A stretch of DNA of 46,830 nt from Corallochytrium limacisporum Hawaii (lineage: Eukaryota; Protista; Pluriformea). Every line of letters starts with the position of its first letter. Position 1 is the stretch's first letter. The notes below the pieces were generated by a model. That model was not told where the DNA came from and did no database searches. It saw nothing but the letters and a program-made list of their open reading frames with translations. Of this stretch, positions 31,914 through 42,633 are shown one piece after another. The translations under genes and the position numbers were made by a program. Where the stretch lies: positions 4,328-51,157 of the forward strand of contig PDIP01000063.1 in NCBI GenBank assembly GCA_002811645.1, given 5' to 3'.

Positions 31914-32792
31914 ATGACCGGAGACGGTCCCTCTGTGGCAACACTTGGCCCCGGCAGTGCACCAGATTGGAAGACTACCGTTAATTTGCTGATTGAGTTT
32001 CTGGAATGTGCTATCCATAACATAATCTATCAGCGAGCTGTGTACGATGAGCATGTCTTTAAGAGGGTCAAAAAATATGGAGTGCCCGTGGTAATGGCAC
32101 GGCATCCAGAGTTGATATCGTACGTCCAGTCTATTCTGACTTCGTTAAAGCCTTGGATTGAGGCGAAAGCAGTTGAGACGGTTGTATGTGCCGTGACGGA
32201 TGACCAACTGCGACCGATCGAGAAGTGGGTCTTTGACACCGTGGCACTTTTGCCTGTTCCAGGTGATCGGACTGGGGCAGAATCTACGGAGCTCGGCATG
32301 CCTCGCTCCATAGCAAGTATTGAACAAGGTTTCCGTGACTTTTTTCTGCGCATCGCAGCCTCAAGCGCTGCTTTACCTTTACCACAACGGAACACGCGCT
32401 TCGCAGTCCTTGCATACACTCGCTGCGATGACCCCAGTAATCCGCCACAACCCCTAGGATTCAGCGATAGGTTCTCATGGGTCGAAGCTGAGGATCGGGA
32501 GCATCGTTTGCAAGCTCCCATGATCACTGGTGCTGATGATACTTCGGTCACGAACACCAGCGCTATAGCACCACCACCTCCTGCACAGCCTCCGTCGTCC
32601 TCCAGTGCTACTGCAGCGGATCCCACGCACAGTCGGGTAGTCCGCCCGATGAAATCGTTCGACACTGGGCTCATGCGGATCAGTTTAGCAGTAGAGTACA
32701 CCTACAATCATCAGGATGATGAGAATGGTGCTAAAATGCATCCACTTCGTGATCGTCAACACGGCGATCAACCAAGGGCTGATGACACATGA
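31914..32792 (+). CDS. REV7: HORMA-domain protein Rev7/MAD2L2 (DNA polymerase zeta subunit)
   Basis: EFLECAIHNIIYQRAVY..F..VKKYGVPVVMARHPELISY and PIEKWVFD. Confidence 0.85.
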   Translation: MTGDGPSVATLGPGSAPDWKTTVNLLIEFLECAIHNIIYQRAVYDEHVFKRVKKYGVPVVMARHPELISYVQSILTSLKPWIEAKAVETVVCAVTDDQLRPIEKWVFDTVALLPVPGDRTGAESTELGMPRSIASIEQGFRDFFLRIAASSAALPLPQRNTRFAVLAYTRCDDPSNPPQPLGFSDRFSWVEAEDREHRLQAPMITGADDTSVTNTSAIAPPPPAQPPSSSSATAADPTHSRVVRPMKSFDTGLMRISLAVEYTYNHQDDENGAKMHPLRDRQHGDQPRADDT

Positions 32793-33424
32793 CGGTCAGT
32801 ACCGCCAATTGCCTACCCGGGCGAACGGAGAGGGTGGGCCAAAGGGCCCCCTTGGCCCCCTTTTGTGCTGCACGGTGACCCCTTCCATTTTAAATAAGTA
32901 ATCCTTTCAGACTTCGTAATATTTACAATACCAATTTTACAAATTGCAATTTGTTTTTTAAGGGCCCGTGGACCTCCTCCGGGGCAGCGGGCCGGTAAGG
33001 GCCGCGTGAGGGAGAAGCAAGGTCGCGGGGCCCCCGAAGGGGTGGCCTTTGTTTGGCAGTGGATCATGGCCCTCATAGCCCACCATGTTATAGTTTTTAT
33101 TCGTAAGCCAATGAATAGCGCTGCTGGGGCTTGCGCTGAGCGATGCATTTGTTTTGTTTCGCTCAACATTTGACTTCTGGCATTTCTTGATGAAAGGTGG
33201 GACCTTGGTGCTTAACGAGTTCAATTTTGCACCACATGGTGGAGTGGTATAAAGATGTTGTCGACGAGAAAAGTGGTACGACAAGGGATGTATTTCAACA
33301 TGTTTTTGTGATCTAGCATACTCAATGATAGCATGCACTAAGTGTGGAATCTCGTTGTGAAGATGTAAGCAATCCCCTAGGTTTAGATAGCAAAGTTTAT
33401 AGCAAGTCGTAATAAGGAATAGTC

Positions 33425-34660
33425 ATGGCCTCGATTTTCACGTCGGCGGCACGCCGCGGGTCGTCGCTGCGGTCACTGGGATTGACAGTCTCTGCTACCA
33501 CAACTAAGGCACTCACTGCACAGACTGTTCGATTCTTTCATGTCTCTTCAGTAGGTAAGAGAAAACAGAAAGCTTTCCAGGACGTCTCTCAGATGAGCTT
33601 CGAAGATCGTGTCGGATACGAAATCTACGGCAGCGACTACTGGCGGTACAAGTACTTTTGGCAGCTCAAAGACAAGGAGGCCATGTACTATGAATTCATT
33701 CGCACGTATCGTTCGATGTACCAGAAAGAGGCAGCGAAGGAGAAGGAGGTTAAGTCCAAGGTCTTGGCGGGAACGCATGGATACGAGACCGGCCAGGAGG
33801 AAGAACTGGAGTTTGAGAAGAAGCTCATGAAGGAGGCCTTTGAGAAATTCGGAGAGCCGTTCATTTTCACAAAGCATGCTCAATTGCCACAGCGTTTCAA
33901 AGACATGGTCAAGGGCATCACGTGGGGTCAGGAAACACCGTATCAACAGAACGAATTTGCCGAATCCTCATCTGAACCGGGCGAGGAAGCCGCAGACTCC
34001 GACCCTGACTTCATGCGGGATCTCCTGGCACACGTTGTCCAGGGCGTAGAGACGGATGAGGCTGCCGAGGAAGACCTGGTGCGTGCATATATGGCGGCTG
34101 AGGGTCCCATTAAAGAGGACGAGGATCAACAGAACCTACGTCGCGACCTATTGGCCAAGAACTTTGTCATTGATGTCGTGGAGGTGAAGGCCACTGTAAA
34201 CATGACACCGAAGGGTAAGAAACGCAGCATGAAGGCCACTGTGGTCATTGGAAATCGTATGGGTCTGGCTGGCTACGCCCGTGCAGCTGCAGATACAATG
34301 CCCGCTGCTGTAGACAAAGCACTTGCCCGTGCCTACCGCCACCTCCAAGTAATTCCGCGGTACAATGGATATACACTGTACGAAGCCGTCGGAGCGCGTG
34401 TGGGTGGCACTCTTGTCAAGTGCCGTCCCATGCCCGAAGGTATCTTCATGGGTAATGATATTGCCAAAGCTGTGTGCGAGGCTGCAGGTATGCGTGGCAT
34501 TGCCGTGAATGTGTACCGCAGCCGTACGCCGTTCAACACAGTGAAGGCTCTCTTCCAGGCCCTGACCGCCCAGCGAACACTGCAGGACGTGTGCGATCGC
34601 ACTGGACGGAACCTAGTGGATGTCAAGTACCGCTGGAAGTACAACCCGGAGATGCATTAA
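33425..34660 (+). CDS. MRPS5: Mitochondrial ribosomal protein uS5m
   Basis: Presequence, then S5 motifs TVNMTPKGKKRSMKATVVIGNRMGLAGY and C-terminal S5 domain (NTVKALFQAL). Confidence 0.88.
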   Translation: MASIFTSAARRGSSLRSLGLTVSATTTKALTAQTVRFFHVSSVGKRKQKAFQDVSQMSFEDRVGYEIYGSDYWRYKYFWQLKDKEAMYYEFIRTYRSMYQKEAAKEKEVKSKVLAGTHGYETGQEEELEFEKKLMKEAFEKFGEPFIFTKHAQLPQRFKDMVKGITWGQETPYQQNEFAESSSEPGEEAADSDPDFMRDLLAHVVQGVETDEAAEEDLVRAYMAAEGPIKEDEDQQNLRRDLLAKNFVIDVVEVKATVNMTPKGKKRSMKATVVIGNRMGLAGYARAAADTMPAAVDKALARAYRHLQVIPRYNGYTLYEAVGARVGGTLVKCRPMPEGIFMGNDIAKAVCEAAGMRGIAVNVYRSRTPFNTVKALFQALTAQRTLQDVCDRTGRNLVDVKYRWKYNPEMH

Positions 34661-34809
34661 GGACCATCTTCCATTCCCATTCACATTTCCCCTTGCATAC
34701 TGTAGTGTACCTGACATTAGATCATATATCGATGACAATCTTTGAACAATGATTTGTATTCAAATGTAAAGAGTACGATTGAAACTAGGGGGTAGGTAGG
34801 CACATAAAC

Positions 34810-36765
34810 CTAGAGTAACCCTTTGTCCTTCTTGTAGGCACTCAGGCTCAGCATTTTCTTCTTTTTCCCAGCACCAGCGGCTCCGTTGGTGGCCTCGCTG
34901 ACACCGAGCTTCTTGAGCTTTGCATCCAAGTGGGTGCCATTGTTTGTTGAGGCAGGTCCCAGATCTAGATTTTCTGCCCCTGGTACAGTCTTCACGTCGA
35001 GGTCTAGGTCAAAATCATGTGCGGCAAACAGATCATCTACGGCCTCCTTTTTTGTAGCTTGGGCCTGGCGGGATGGAGTCAAGGACGGCGACTTGCCCGC
35101 CTTCAGGCTCGGGCTGGCATCGGGCTTCTTGTCACCTGAAACATCTGTGCCGGAGGTGACCATGGTCGGCATGCAGCGTTTGCGGACAAACGGATCGTCC
35201 GGCTCGGGCACCATAAGCTTCTCGATCTCGACCTTATTGTACCGCCGCACGGTTGCGTTCAAAGCTTTGACTTTCGCGTAGCGATCATCTCCTTTCAGTT
35301 TCTGGTCAATACGATCTAGCTCCATCTTCAAACGCTCTTCCTCGTCAAAGTCGCCGCGCTCGGTGGCTCTCTTTAAGTCTTCTAGAACCCGCACTCGGCG
35401 TTTCGCATCTCCAGCGGTGTCGCTGTTCAATTCCTTGCGCTCACGGACCATTTCATTGATTTCTTCATTGCTGAACGCGTAGGAATGGGCTTCAGCCAGC
35501 TTCGCACCAACCTTCTCCACATCACGGACAAGAATCCGCTTTCCTTTCTGCTCGTGAACAAGCATGCGGAAATCCTCATATTCGTGCGGCATAATTTCAC
35601 CGTTGCTTAGCACGTCTCCTTTATAGCGCGTAATTTCTTTGCCCATACGCAGGTACAGGAAGACGTTTGTCATTTCATCGTCGATGCGATAGGTCGCGTT
35701 CTCGTCTTTCTCCGCACGTACCACCTCAGCCATGCGGTAGCTCCGCATGCCCGTGTGTTGGTCCAGATTCCAGAACAGGCGAACCACCGTGCCCGGGATC
35801 ACATTGGCCAGGAAGGGAGCAAACAGCCATTTGCGCAGTGTGTCACGCGACAGGAATATGCGGTTGATGTCCTGCACCTTAGCTTCTTCTTTGCCGCGAG
35901 CTTCAGCCTCAGCGGCAGCCTCGCTATCCCTACGGTCTTTGGCCATGCCCCGGGGTCCCTTCATGGCGTCTTTCTTTCGGCGCATGCGGTCAATGTGCGC
36001 CTCCTCCTCATCCGCATAGTCACTGACTTCAGAATAATCATCATCCTCGTCTGATTCGTACTTCTTAGCCTTGGCCTTGGATTTCTTCTTGGCTCCCGGC
36101 TCCCAATCACTCTCGTCAGAATCATCCGCAGCCGCCCGGCGAGTGGATCGAGTGCTTTTCTTTTTAGCTGCTGGTTTCTTGGCCTTGGCCTTGCTCTTCG
36201 GCTTGCCATAGTCATCATCGTCATCGTCTGACTCAACAAAGTCGTCTTCTTCTTCAGGCTCGTCATCGATGAAGTCGTCGTCATCGCGGCGTGTCGTGCG
36301 ACGAGTGGTGGCCGGCTTGGGTTTCGGCTTTGCCGCTGCCGGCTTCGCCTTGCGCTTCGCGGCCTTCTGCTGCTGGCGCCGTTTGTTTCGTTCCCTTTTG
36401 GCCATTTGTCTGATTTCCCACTTCTCTTTCAGTGCCTGTCGCCTCTGTTCACGGTCGTATAGTTCCTGTTCTCGCTCAACTTCGGTCATCAGATCCAGAC
36501 GACGCCGGTCGGCATCGTCACCCATAAGGTCTGGCCCATAGCCATCGTTGAACTCGCTAAGTTCACTCAAAGGGTCCGAATCTTCCTCATCTTCACTGTC
36601 ATCCTGAGGTTTTGACGCCGATCCAGTCGGACGCTGAGGTGTATCATCGTCTTCATCATCGAAATCGAAGAGATTCTCTGCGTTGACTGCGCGACGCTTG
36701 GCTGTGACTGCGCCGAGGTCGAAGTCGTCACCCGAGGAGTCGTCTCCAGCTCCGCGCTTTGACAT
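34810..36765 (-). CDS. RTF1: Paf1 complex subunit Rtf1 (Plus-3 domain)
   Basis: HMD motif FNDGYGPDLMGDDADRRRL..MTEVEREQELYDR, Plus-3 domain, DPFVRKRCMP, DLFAAHDFDLDLD and LSLSAYKK. Confidence 0.93.
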   Translation of the reverse strand: MSKRGAGDDSSGDDFDLGAVTAKRRAVNAENLFDFDDEDDDTPQRPTGSASKPQDDSEDEEDSDPLSELSEFNDGYGPDLMGDDADRRRLDLMTEVEREQELYDREQRRQALKEKWEIRQMAKRERNKRRQQQKAAKRKAKPAAAKPKPKPATTRRTTRRDDDDFIDDEPEEEDDFVESDDDDDDYGKPKSKAKAKKPAAKKKSTRSTRRAAADDSDESDWEPGAKKKSKAKAKKYESDEDDDYSEVSDYADEEEAHIDRMRRKKDAMKGPRGMAKDRRDSEAAAEAEARGKEEAKVQDINRIFLSRDTLRKWLFAPFLANVIPGTVVRLFWNLDQHTGMRSYRMAEVVRAEKDENATYRIDDEMTNVFLYLRMGKEITRYKGDVLSNGEIMPHEYEDFRMLVHEQKGKRILVRDVEKVGAKLAEAHSYAFSNEEINEMVRERKELNSDTAGDAKRRVRVLEDLKRATERGDFDEEERLKMELDRIDQKLKGDDRYAKVKALNATVRRYNKVEIEKLMVPEPDDPFVRKRCMPTMVTSGTDVSGDKKPDASPSLKAGKSPSLTPSRQAQATKKEAVDDLFAAHDFDLDLDVKTVPGAENLDLGPASTNNGTHLDAKLKKLGVSEATNGAAGAGKKKKMLSLSAYKKDKGLL

Positions 36766-37301
36766 GTCTGAAAAAAAGTCTTTTCAATATGCTTTCTTAA
36801 ATTTTTGTTTTCTTTCTTCTTTAAACTGAATGAAGCTGCCTCACTTATACCATCTGATTTCACATGATACCATTGCCCATGCAGTAAAATTTCTTGAATT
36901 CCATACCGGGGCACTCAAATGATCGTAAAAGAACATGAAGTGCACAGCTACTATGGTCTCCATGTCTTCTTCAAATATGTTTGTAAATGAGACCGACTTT
37001 TCAAAAACCACAGCTTTAAAAAGATATCTATCCCATGCGCAAGCCCACGCCCATTCAGATTGCTTGCGGAGGCAGGCGGAACCGGGCGGTCTCGGGCATC
37101 CGGAACGTTTCCCTTCCGAAAATGTCTGAGAGCCACAACACATGCCGGCTCCCCCTCCCGTTATCAACCACCTTCACCCTGTGCTAAATCGCAAATTTAC
37201 ATCCAGTCCCTATACTTATATACATCAATTATAGATGAATGGTACATTTATTAAGAATAGCCGTATATGAAAATTGATGGGCTTGACTATGTCCTACACA
37301 G

Positions 37302-38381
37302 TTAATGTACTCCATTCATGTGGCTGAACTGCAGCTTCTGCATCCATCCGAAGCGGTCCTCAACATCGCCAAACTGAATCGCCCGGTAAATATCGCAGAG
37401 CTTCTGCTGTACCGGTCCAAAACCAACACGGCCTTCCTCAGTCACGGTGGTCTTCTTGCCGCGGAAAGTGAAGGAATGCACGGGCGTCATCACGACGGCA
37501 GTACCGACTGCACCGGTTTCACTGAACTTGCCCTCTTCGATCTCAGAGTATGTGATCGAGCGACGTTCCACCACTAGACCTTCACTCTTAGCCAGTTGAC
37601 AAAGTGACTTATTAGTGATGGATTCCAGGATACTGTCCGAGTCCGGTGTGATGTACTTCTTGCCCTCATTGTCGACGGCCATGAAATTCGACGTGCTGAA
37701 CTCCTCAATCGTGGTGTGCGTCTTCGGGTCAAGGTAGAGGGATATCGGGAAGCCTTTTTGTGAAGCTTCGTAGGATGGCAGAAGAGAAGCGGCATAGTTG
37801 CCAGCAACCTTGGCACGGCCCACACCCAGCGGTGCAGCACGGTCGTATTCGTCGAAGACGAGGGCATCTACGCCCTTGACACCGGTGGCGTAGTAGTCTC
37901 CTACAGGAGTGACCATGATAAACATGTAGTACTCATTCGCAGGGTAAAGTCCGATGGCATCACCAGCACCGATCATAAAGGGACGGATGTAGAGAGCGCC
38001 ACCGCTCCCGTGAGGTGGGCAATATTCGTTGTTCAACTCCACAGCTTTGTGGCAGGCCTTGACAAACTCATCCTCTGGGAAGCCAGGGATCATGATTCGT
38101 TCCGCACTCTCCCGGCAGCGCTTGGCGTTCTCTTCCGGACGGAACAGCATGATCTCCCCTTCCCGGTTACGGAAGGCCTTCAGACCCTCGAACAGAGCCT
38201 GACCGTAGTGAAAGCAGTTGGCATTGATACTGAGCTTGATGAAAGGTTCGTTCACAACCTCGCAAGGTTCCCACTTGCCGTCGAACCAACGGTACCGCAG
38301 ATGGCAGTTGGTTGGCACCACATTGAATCCCTTTGGTGCCACAGCATCCGGGTGGACTGGTTTGTACTGAGCAGGTGCCAT
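37302..38381 (-). CDS. ilvE: Branched-chain amino acid aminotransferase (PLP fold IV), bacterial IlvE-II-like
   Basis: HYGQALFEGLKA, LFRP, LYIRP, catalytic Lys in AKVAGNYAASL, SILESIT and GTAVV. Confidence 0.92.
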   Translation of the reverse strand: MAPAQYKPVHPDAVAPKGFNVVPTNCHLRYRWFDGKWEPCEVVNEPFIKLSINANCFHYGQALFEGLKAFRNREGEIMLFRPEENAKRCRESAERIMIPGFPEDEFVKACHKAVELNNEYCPPHGSGGALYIRPFMIGAGDAIGLYPANEYYMFIMVTPVGDYYATGVKGVDALVFDEYDRAAPLGVGRAKVAGNYAASLLPSYEASQKGFPISLYLDPKTHTTIEEFSTSNFMAVDNEGKKYITPDSDSILESITNKSLCQLAKSEGLVVERRSITYSEIEEGKFSETGAVGTAVVMTPVHSFTFRGKKTTVTEEGRVGFGPVQQKLCDIYRAIQFGDVEDRFGWMQKLQFSHMNGVH

Positions 38382-40065
38382 GTTTCTATGTGAAGAAGAG
38401 TTCTTTCCTCAGTTTTGTTCTCCGTCCAGAAACTGGAGCCAATTCTTTTACGTACCCGCTGTGCTCAACGTGGATTTCAAAATGCTGACAACCCGGAAGA
38501 CAAATACAAAGCTGCCAACACTCTAACAATTGCTAAGTAGCATCGATAAGAAGAGGCATTGTGTGGCTTGGGGAAGCACAACAACTTGGTAGTCTTCCAT
38601 CCTACGTGGTTCCGTAGAGCACGTAGTTTCTTGTTCCCATCCACGTCCTAGATTTTGACCACTGAATATCGCCCCCTTACGTCTCCCACGGGCCGTTGGT
38701 GCAAACCGTGGGCGAAGGGGAAGAATGGGTGGTGCTCCACCGGCGCTACGCGGAGAAGCTGCGAACAACGTCCAATGACAACCATGGCTGACCCTTTCAG
38801 TTGTTTCGCACACAAAGAGTGCCTGCCATTGATGATCATGCTCAACATGTCAGTGGGCCATGCAGCGTCGCGCAATTCAAATCCACACAGGAGTCATGCG
38901 GGCGACCTGGTGATGGCGGCAGAACTCGTGATGAGATCCAAAGATCTCTTGTTCCTCCCTCGTTCATCCCCTCGCCCCGTGTGGTTGGTGGGTGGTGCAG
39001 GGGGTCGACCCCGTTTGCTGACCCGACCCAGCGGACCTCAGCCCAGCTGCCAACCTTCTCCACCAACGTGTCCGCCCCCCCCCCCCGGAGGGAGGGGGGT
39101 GTTAAAAGAAGAGGGGCCTTGAACCACCACTACCCACGGTGGAGAGTGGACGGTGCAGCGCAGGAAATGCAAAAAGACCCGGGCCTGCTTGGAAAAAGCA
39201 AAAGAGGCGCTTCCCGGAAGCGCGCACGCATCCAAAACTTTTAGAAAGAAAAGAAAAAAAAAAGCCCGAAGAAAAAATAGAGAGAACGACAAGAAAGAGT
39301 GGCACTACCAACCCGTCACGAAGCGCAGGAACAAGAGCCAATATCTCCGTATATTTAATTGCTCGTTTCGGGGGGCCTCATTTTCTCCGGCCCGGGGTCC
39401 AAAGTGAGGAGACCAGAACGCAAAATGGTGAGGGAGGGGAGCGCGGCGCCGGGTGGGCAGGAAGAACATAAAAGGGACCCCCGCCAAGACTAAGACATAA
39501 GGAGATGGCACCCGTACCTGCGCAGTGGTACCTTCGCTATAGTCCTGGCGGTGTTTCATTCTTTTCCTTCGAGACCCGCCTCGCACCCGGGGGGAGGGGG
39601 GGGGGGTTGGGGGGACGAGGGCGAAGGCCGGGGAGGCCAGAGGAGGCCCCCTTTGAGGGTGGTGGGGAGGAGAGGTAGGGGTGGTCGTGCCGAGGGGTAT
39701 TGAGTCCGGGCGGTCATAGAGCGCCAAAAAATGGAGAAAGAGGTTCGTTCGTGTCCCGGTGCCACTGGAAAGACCCAGACACAGCTGCCGTGTGTTTCCG
39801 GAGCTTCGTGCCACAAGGCCTGATTCGATTGCTATCGCTGTTCTTCTTTCCACAGTGGTCATTTTCTTAGACTGTCCTTTACCCATTGTTCATGGACCGT
39901 TGAGGTACATCCAGATTCCCAGTGGCTGTCTCACAGACGCGTGCTCACTTGTCGCTTGTACGTCCATGCGACCAGTGAAGCCAGACGAATCTGGAGTGTA
40001 CTGACCAGGGCCAATAGCGATTTTCTGAGCGGCCATGGCTGGGTTGAAGACTTAAAGTTTATGTT

Positions 40066-42534
40066 ATGTACATCATTGTTCTCCACGAAGTTACGGGCAA
40101 TGGTCAACAGTCAGTGACCGTGGCACAGCGGAGTCTTGTTGTGACAGCAGGTGAAAGATACAAGTATCCATCGTTTGACGTAGGGACACGGCCTTTGCCC
40201 CATTTCCAAACCAGGGCACCGCCTGTGGCGGAGTCTACGGGGGACCCTTCCCTGGACAGAGGTGGACCGCAAGGGAAACAACTGCCAGACGAACGCAAAC
40301 CGGGACGGCTAGTGTGCGAGGAAATATTCGTGCTGTGTGCCCGGAAAGGGGGCCTCAAGCGAGTGAAGGACACAGGACCCGCAGAAGAGGAGAGACACAT
40401 AGACGAAGAAGACTGGATTGAAGTGACAGACCACAACATGGGACATCGTAAACGTAGCCAGTCTAAGGCATCCAAATCGACGGCGTCCGGACACCCGTCC
40501 GCTCAAGCAAAAAGCAGTTCAAAGGTAACAGAGACTGGCGAACAGAAAGACAGTCACCAGAACACAGAGAACGGTAATGTGACATCAATTGGATTTAGTT
40601 CCGGTAATCCCCGCATCGAAATTGCCAAAGGGATTCTTCACTTCTTCAAGGCTGTTGGCGCACCCACCATACCCCGAGGGAATAATAGTGCCACGGCTTT
40701 GATGGACGGCTTTGGAAACGACAGTACCAACGCTGTGGATGGGACGATCACACCGTCGACGACGCCATTGCCCCCCGTATCCACAGCGGAGCAGGCGGTA
40801 GTTGTCCCGGATAAAGATGATGAGCGGCGGGATCTCCCGCGGCGTCGCAGTCGGTTGGTGTGTATCACGGCTGTCCCTCTCTATATGGGCCACGCTGAGC
40901 TCCTGCGTTTCCTCGGTCCAAGCGAACAGGATTTATCGTCGGTGCGGCTGGTCCGGGACGAGCACCCAAACAGGTACATTGCCCTATTGCACTTTCGCTC
41001 ACAAAAGGCAGCGGATCGCTTTTATCTCCATTGCAACGGGCGGCCATTCAATTCGCTCGAGGCTGAGCTGTGTTACTTGGCCTTTGTGGAACGAGTGGAA
41101 GTCATACGTGCACCGTCGATCTATCCTTTTACTGTCACGGCGAGTGAGAGTATGGTAACCTCGACGGCAAAGCAGATCACAGATGGCGGTGGTCCCAAAC
41201 CCGAATCTGTACAGACACAGCAGTTGAAGGAACTGCCAACGTGTCCTGTGTGCCTGGAGCGCCTGGATGATCAAACCAGTGGTGTAATGACCATTTTGTG
41301 CAACCATACGTACCACTGTCGGTGTCTCAGCCGCTGGAACGACAACTCGTGCCCGGTCTGCCGCCACGCCCAGCGTCCCGTTGAAGAGAATAGCTGCGGC
41401 GTCTGTGGGAAGCAGGAGTCGCTCTGGATCTGTCTGATCTGTGGCAACATTGGCTGCGGCCGGTACTCCTCTGGCCACGCCTACCAACACTTTGTGGACA
41501 GTGCACACAATTTCAGCATGGAGATCGAAACCAATCGGGTGTGGGACTACGTCGGCGATGCGTATGTGCATCGACTGATTCAGAACAAGGCCGACGGCAA
41601 GCTGGTTGAACTGCCAAATCCTGGTGCACACCTATCCCAGCGAAGGGGCGGCGGTGTTATCGGTGGTCGGAGGCGCCGTTTGACGCCGCAGCGGCAAACG
41701 GCGCAGGGATCCTCTGGTCCTGTGAACGATGACAAACGCATCCGCCGTGCAATTCCGGACCCGAACACCGCTGGACCTTCCACAACAGAACCGTTGTTGG
41801 CAGCATCGTCATCAGCGGAAGGTTGGGGCGCAGTAAGCAACACAACACGTTCTGAGGCGGGTGACGATGACGAGGACCTGCCCCTAAGCCACCACCGGGT
41901 GGCAAGCGCCCACGGACAGCAGAGCGGCAGCAACAATGTGCGCAGCCCGCTCGATGACGATGATGAGGACCTTCTCGATGAATGCGACGACTACGACGAC
42001 TACGACGAAGGGGAGGTCGATGTCAAGATCGAACAGGAAGAAAAGATAGAAGGCATCGAACTCGAGTACACGTACCTACTTACGTCACAGCTTGAAGCGC
42101 AGCGCCGATTTTTCCAAGAACGCATCGATGGTATGGAACGCATGCTCGTCGAGGACCGGCAAAAATTTCATGCCGACTACCAAGGGGTCTACGACGAGAA
42201 GCAGGAGTTCAAGACTCGCGTTGCAAATCTGCAGAAGGAAAAGAGGGCTCTCGAGCGCAAACTCACGCAACTGAACGCGCGATGTGCGACGCTGCAGGAG
42301 GAGTACAAACAGGAACAGAGCATTTCAGAGGCTATGTCGCAGACGGTGGAAGAGTGGAAGGTCAAATATGATACAGACATGGGTGCGATGGAAGCGAACA
42401 TCAAATCCATGACCGAAGAGATGGCAGATTTGCGAGACCAGGTCAAGGACCTCATGCTTCATTTCTCAGTTGGCAATAACGCGGACGTGGCCGGTGGGTC
42501 AGTGGTGGGCATCGGGGAACGCAAGGAGAACTAA
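40066..42534 (+). CDS. BRAP: BRAP/IMP/Etp1 E3 ubiquitin ligase (BRAP2, RING-H2, ZnF-UBP, coiled coil)
   Basis: NGRPFNSLE, ELPTCPVCLERLD, LWICLICGNIGCGRY, RVWDYVGDAYVHRLIQNKADGKLVE and EYTYLLTSQLEAQR. Start is either 40066 or 40438. Confidence 0.95.
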   Translation: MYIIVLHEVTGNGQQSVTVAQRSLVVTAGERYKYPSFDVGTRPLPHFQTRAPPVAESTGDPSLDRGGPQGKQLPDERKPGRLVCEEIFVLCARKGGLKRVKDTGPAEEERHIDEEDWIEVTDHNMGHRKRSQSKASKSTASGHPSAQAKSSSKVTETGEQKDSHQNTENGNVTSIGFSSGNPRIEIAKGILHFFKAVGAPTIPRGNNSATALMDGFGNDSTNAVDGTITPSTTPLPPVSTAEQAVVVPDKDDERRDLPRRRSRLVCITAVPLYMGHAELLRFLGPSEQDLSSVRLVRDEHPNRYIALLHFRSQKAADRFYLHCNGRPFNSLEAELCYLAFVERVEVIRAPSIYPFTVTASESMVTSTAKQITDGGGPKPESVQTQQLKELPTCPVCLERLDDQTSGVMTILCNHTYHCRCLSRWNDNSCPVCRHAQRPVEENSCGVCGKQESLWICLICGNIGCGRYSSGHAYQHFVDSAHNFSMEIETNRVWDYVGDAYVHRLIQNKADGKLVELPNPGAHLSQRRGGGVIGGRRRRLTPQRQTAQGSSGPVNDDKRIRRAIPDPNTAGPSTTEPLLAASSSAEGWGAVSNTTRSEAGDDDEDLPLSHHRVASAHGQQSGSNNVRSPLDDDDEDLLDECDDYDDYDEGEVDVKIEQEEKIEGIELEYTYLLTSQLEAQRRFFQERIDGMERMLVEDRQKFHADYQGVYDEKQEFKTRVANLQKEKRALERKLTQLNARCATLQEEYKQEQSISEAMSQTVEEWKVKYDTDMGAMEANIKSMTEEMADLRDQVKDLMLHFSVGNNADVAGGSVVGIGERKEN

Positions 42535-42633
42535 AGACTGTTGCCCTCGAATTTGTTTGCAAGACGATCGTAGCCATTAAAAACCTTGTACATTTGTCTA
42601 GGGCTAGGACTCTACTACATTTGATAAGTTGAT

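Noticed and set aside
32790-32897. REV7 stop TGA-CGG (readthrough-permissive context) followed by a GC hairpin
   Set aside because: The extension encodes no recognisable targeting signal and the context alone is weak evidence.
36768-36844. Possible 5'-UTR intron or trans-splice acceptor before RTF1 (TTTTTTTCAG|ACATG on the minus strand)
   Set aside because: No GTAAGT-quality donor or CTAAC branch point found; cannot be supported without transcripts.
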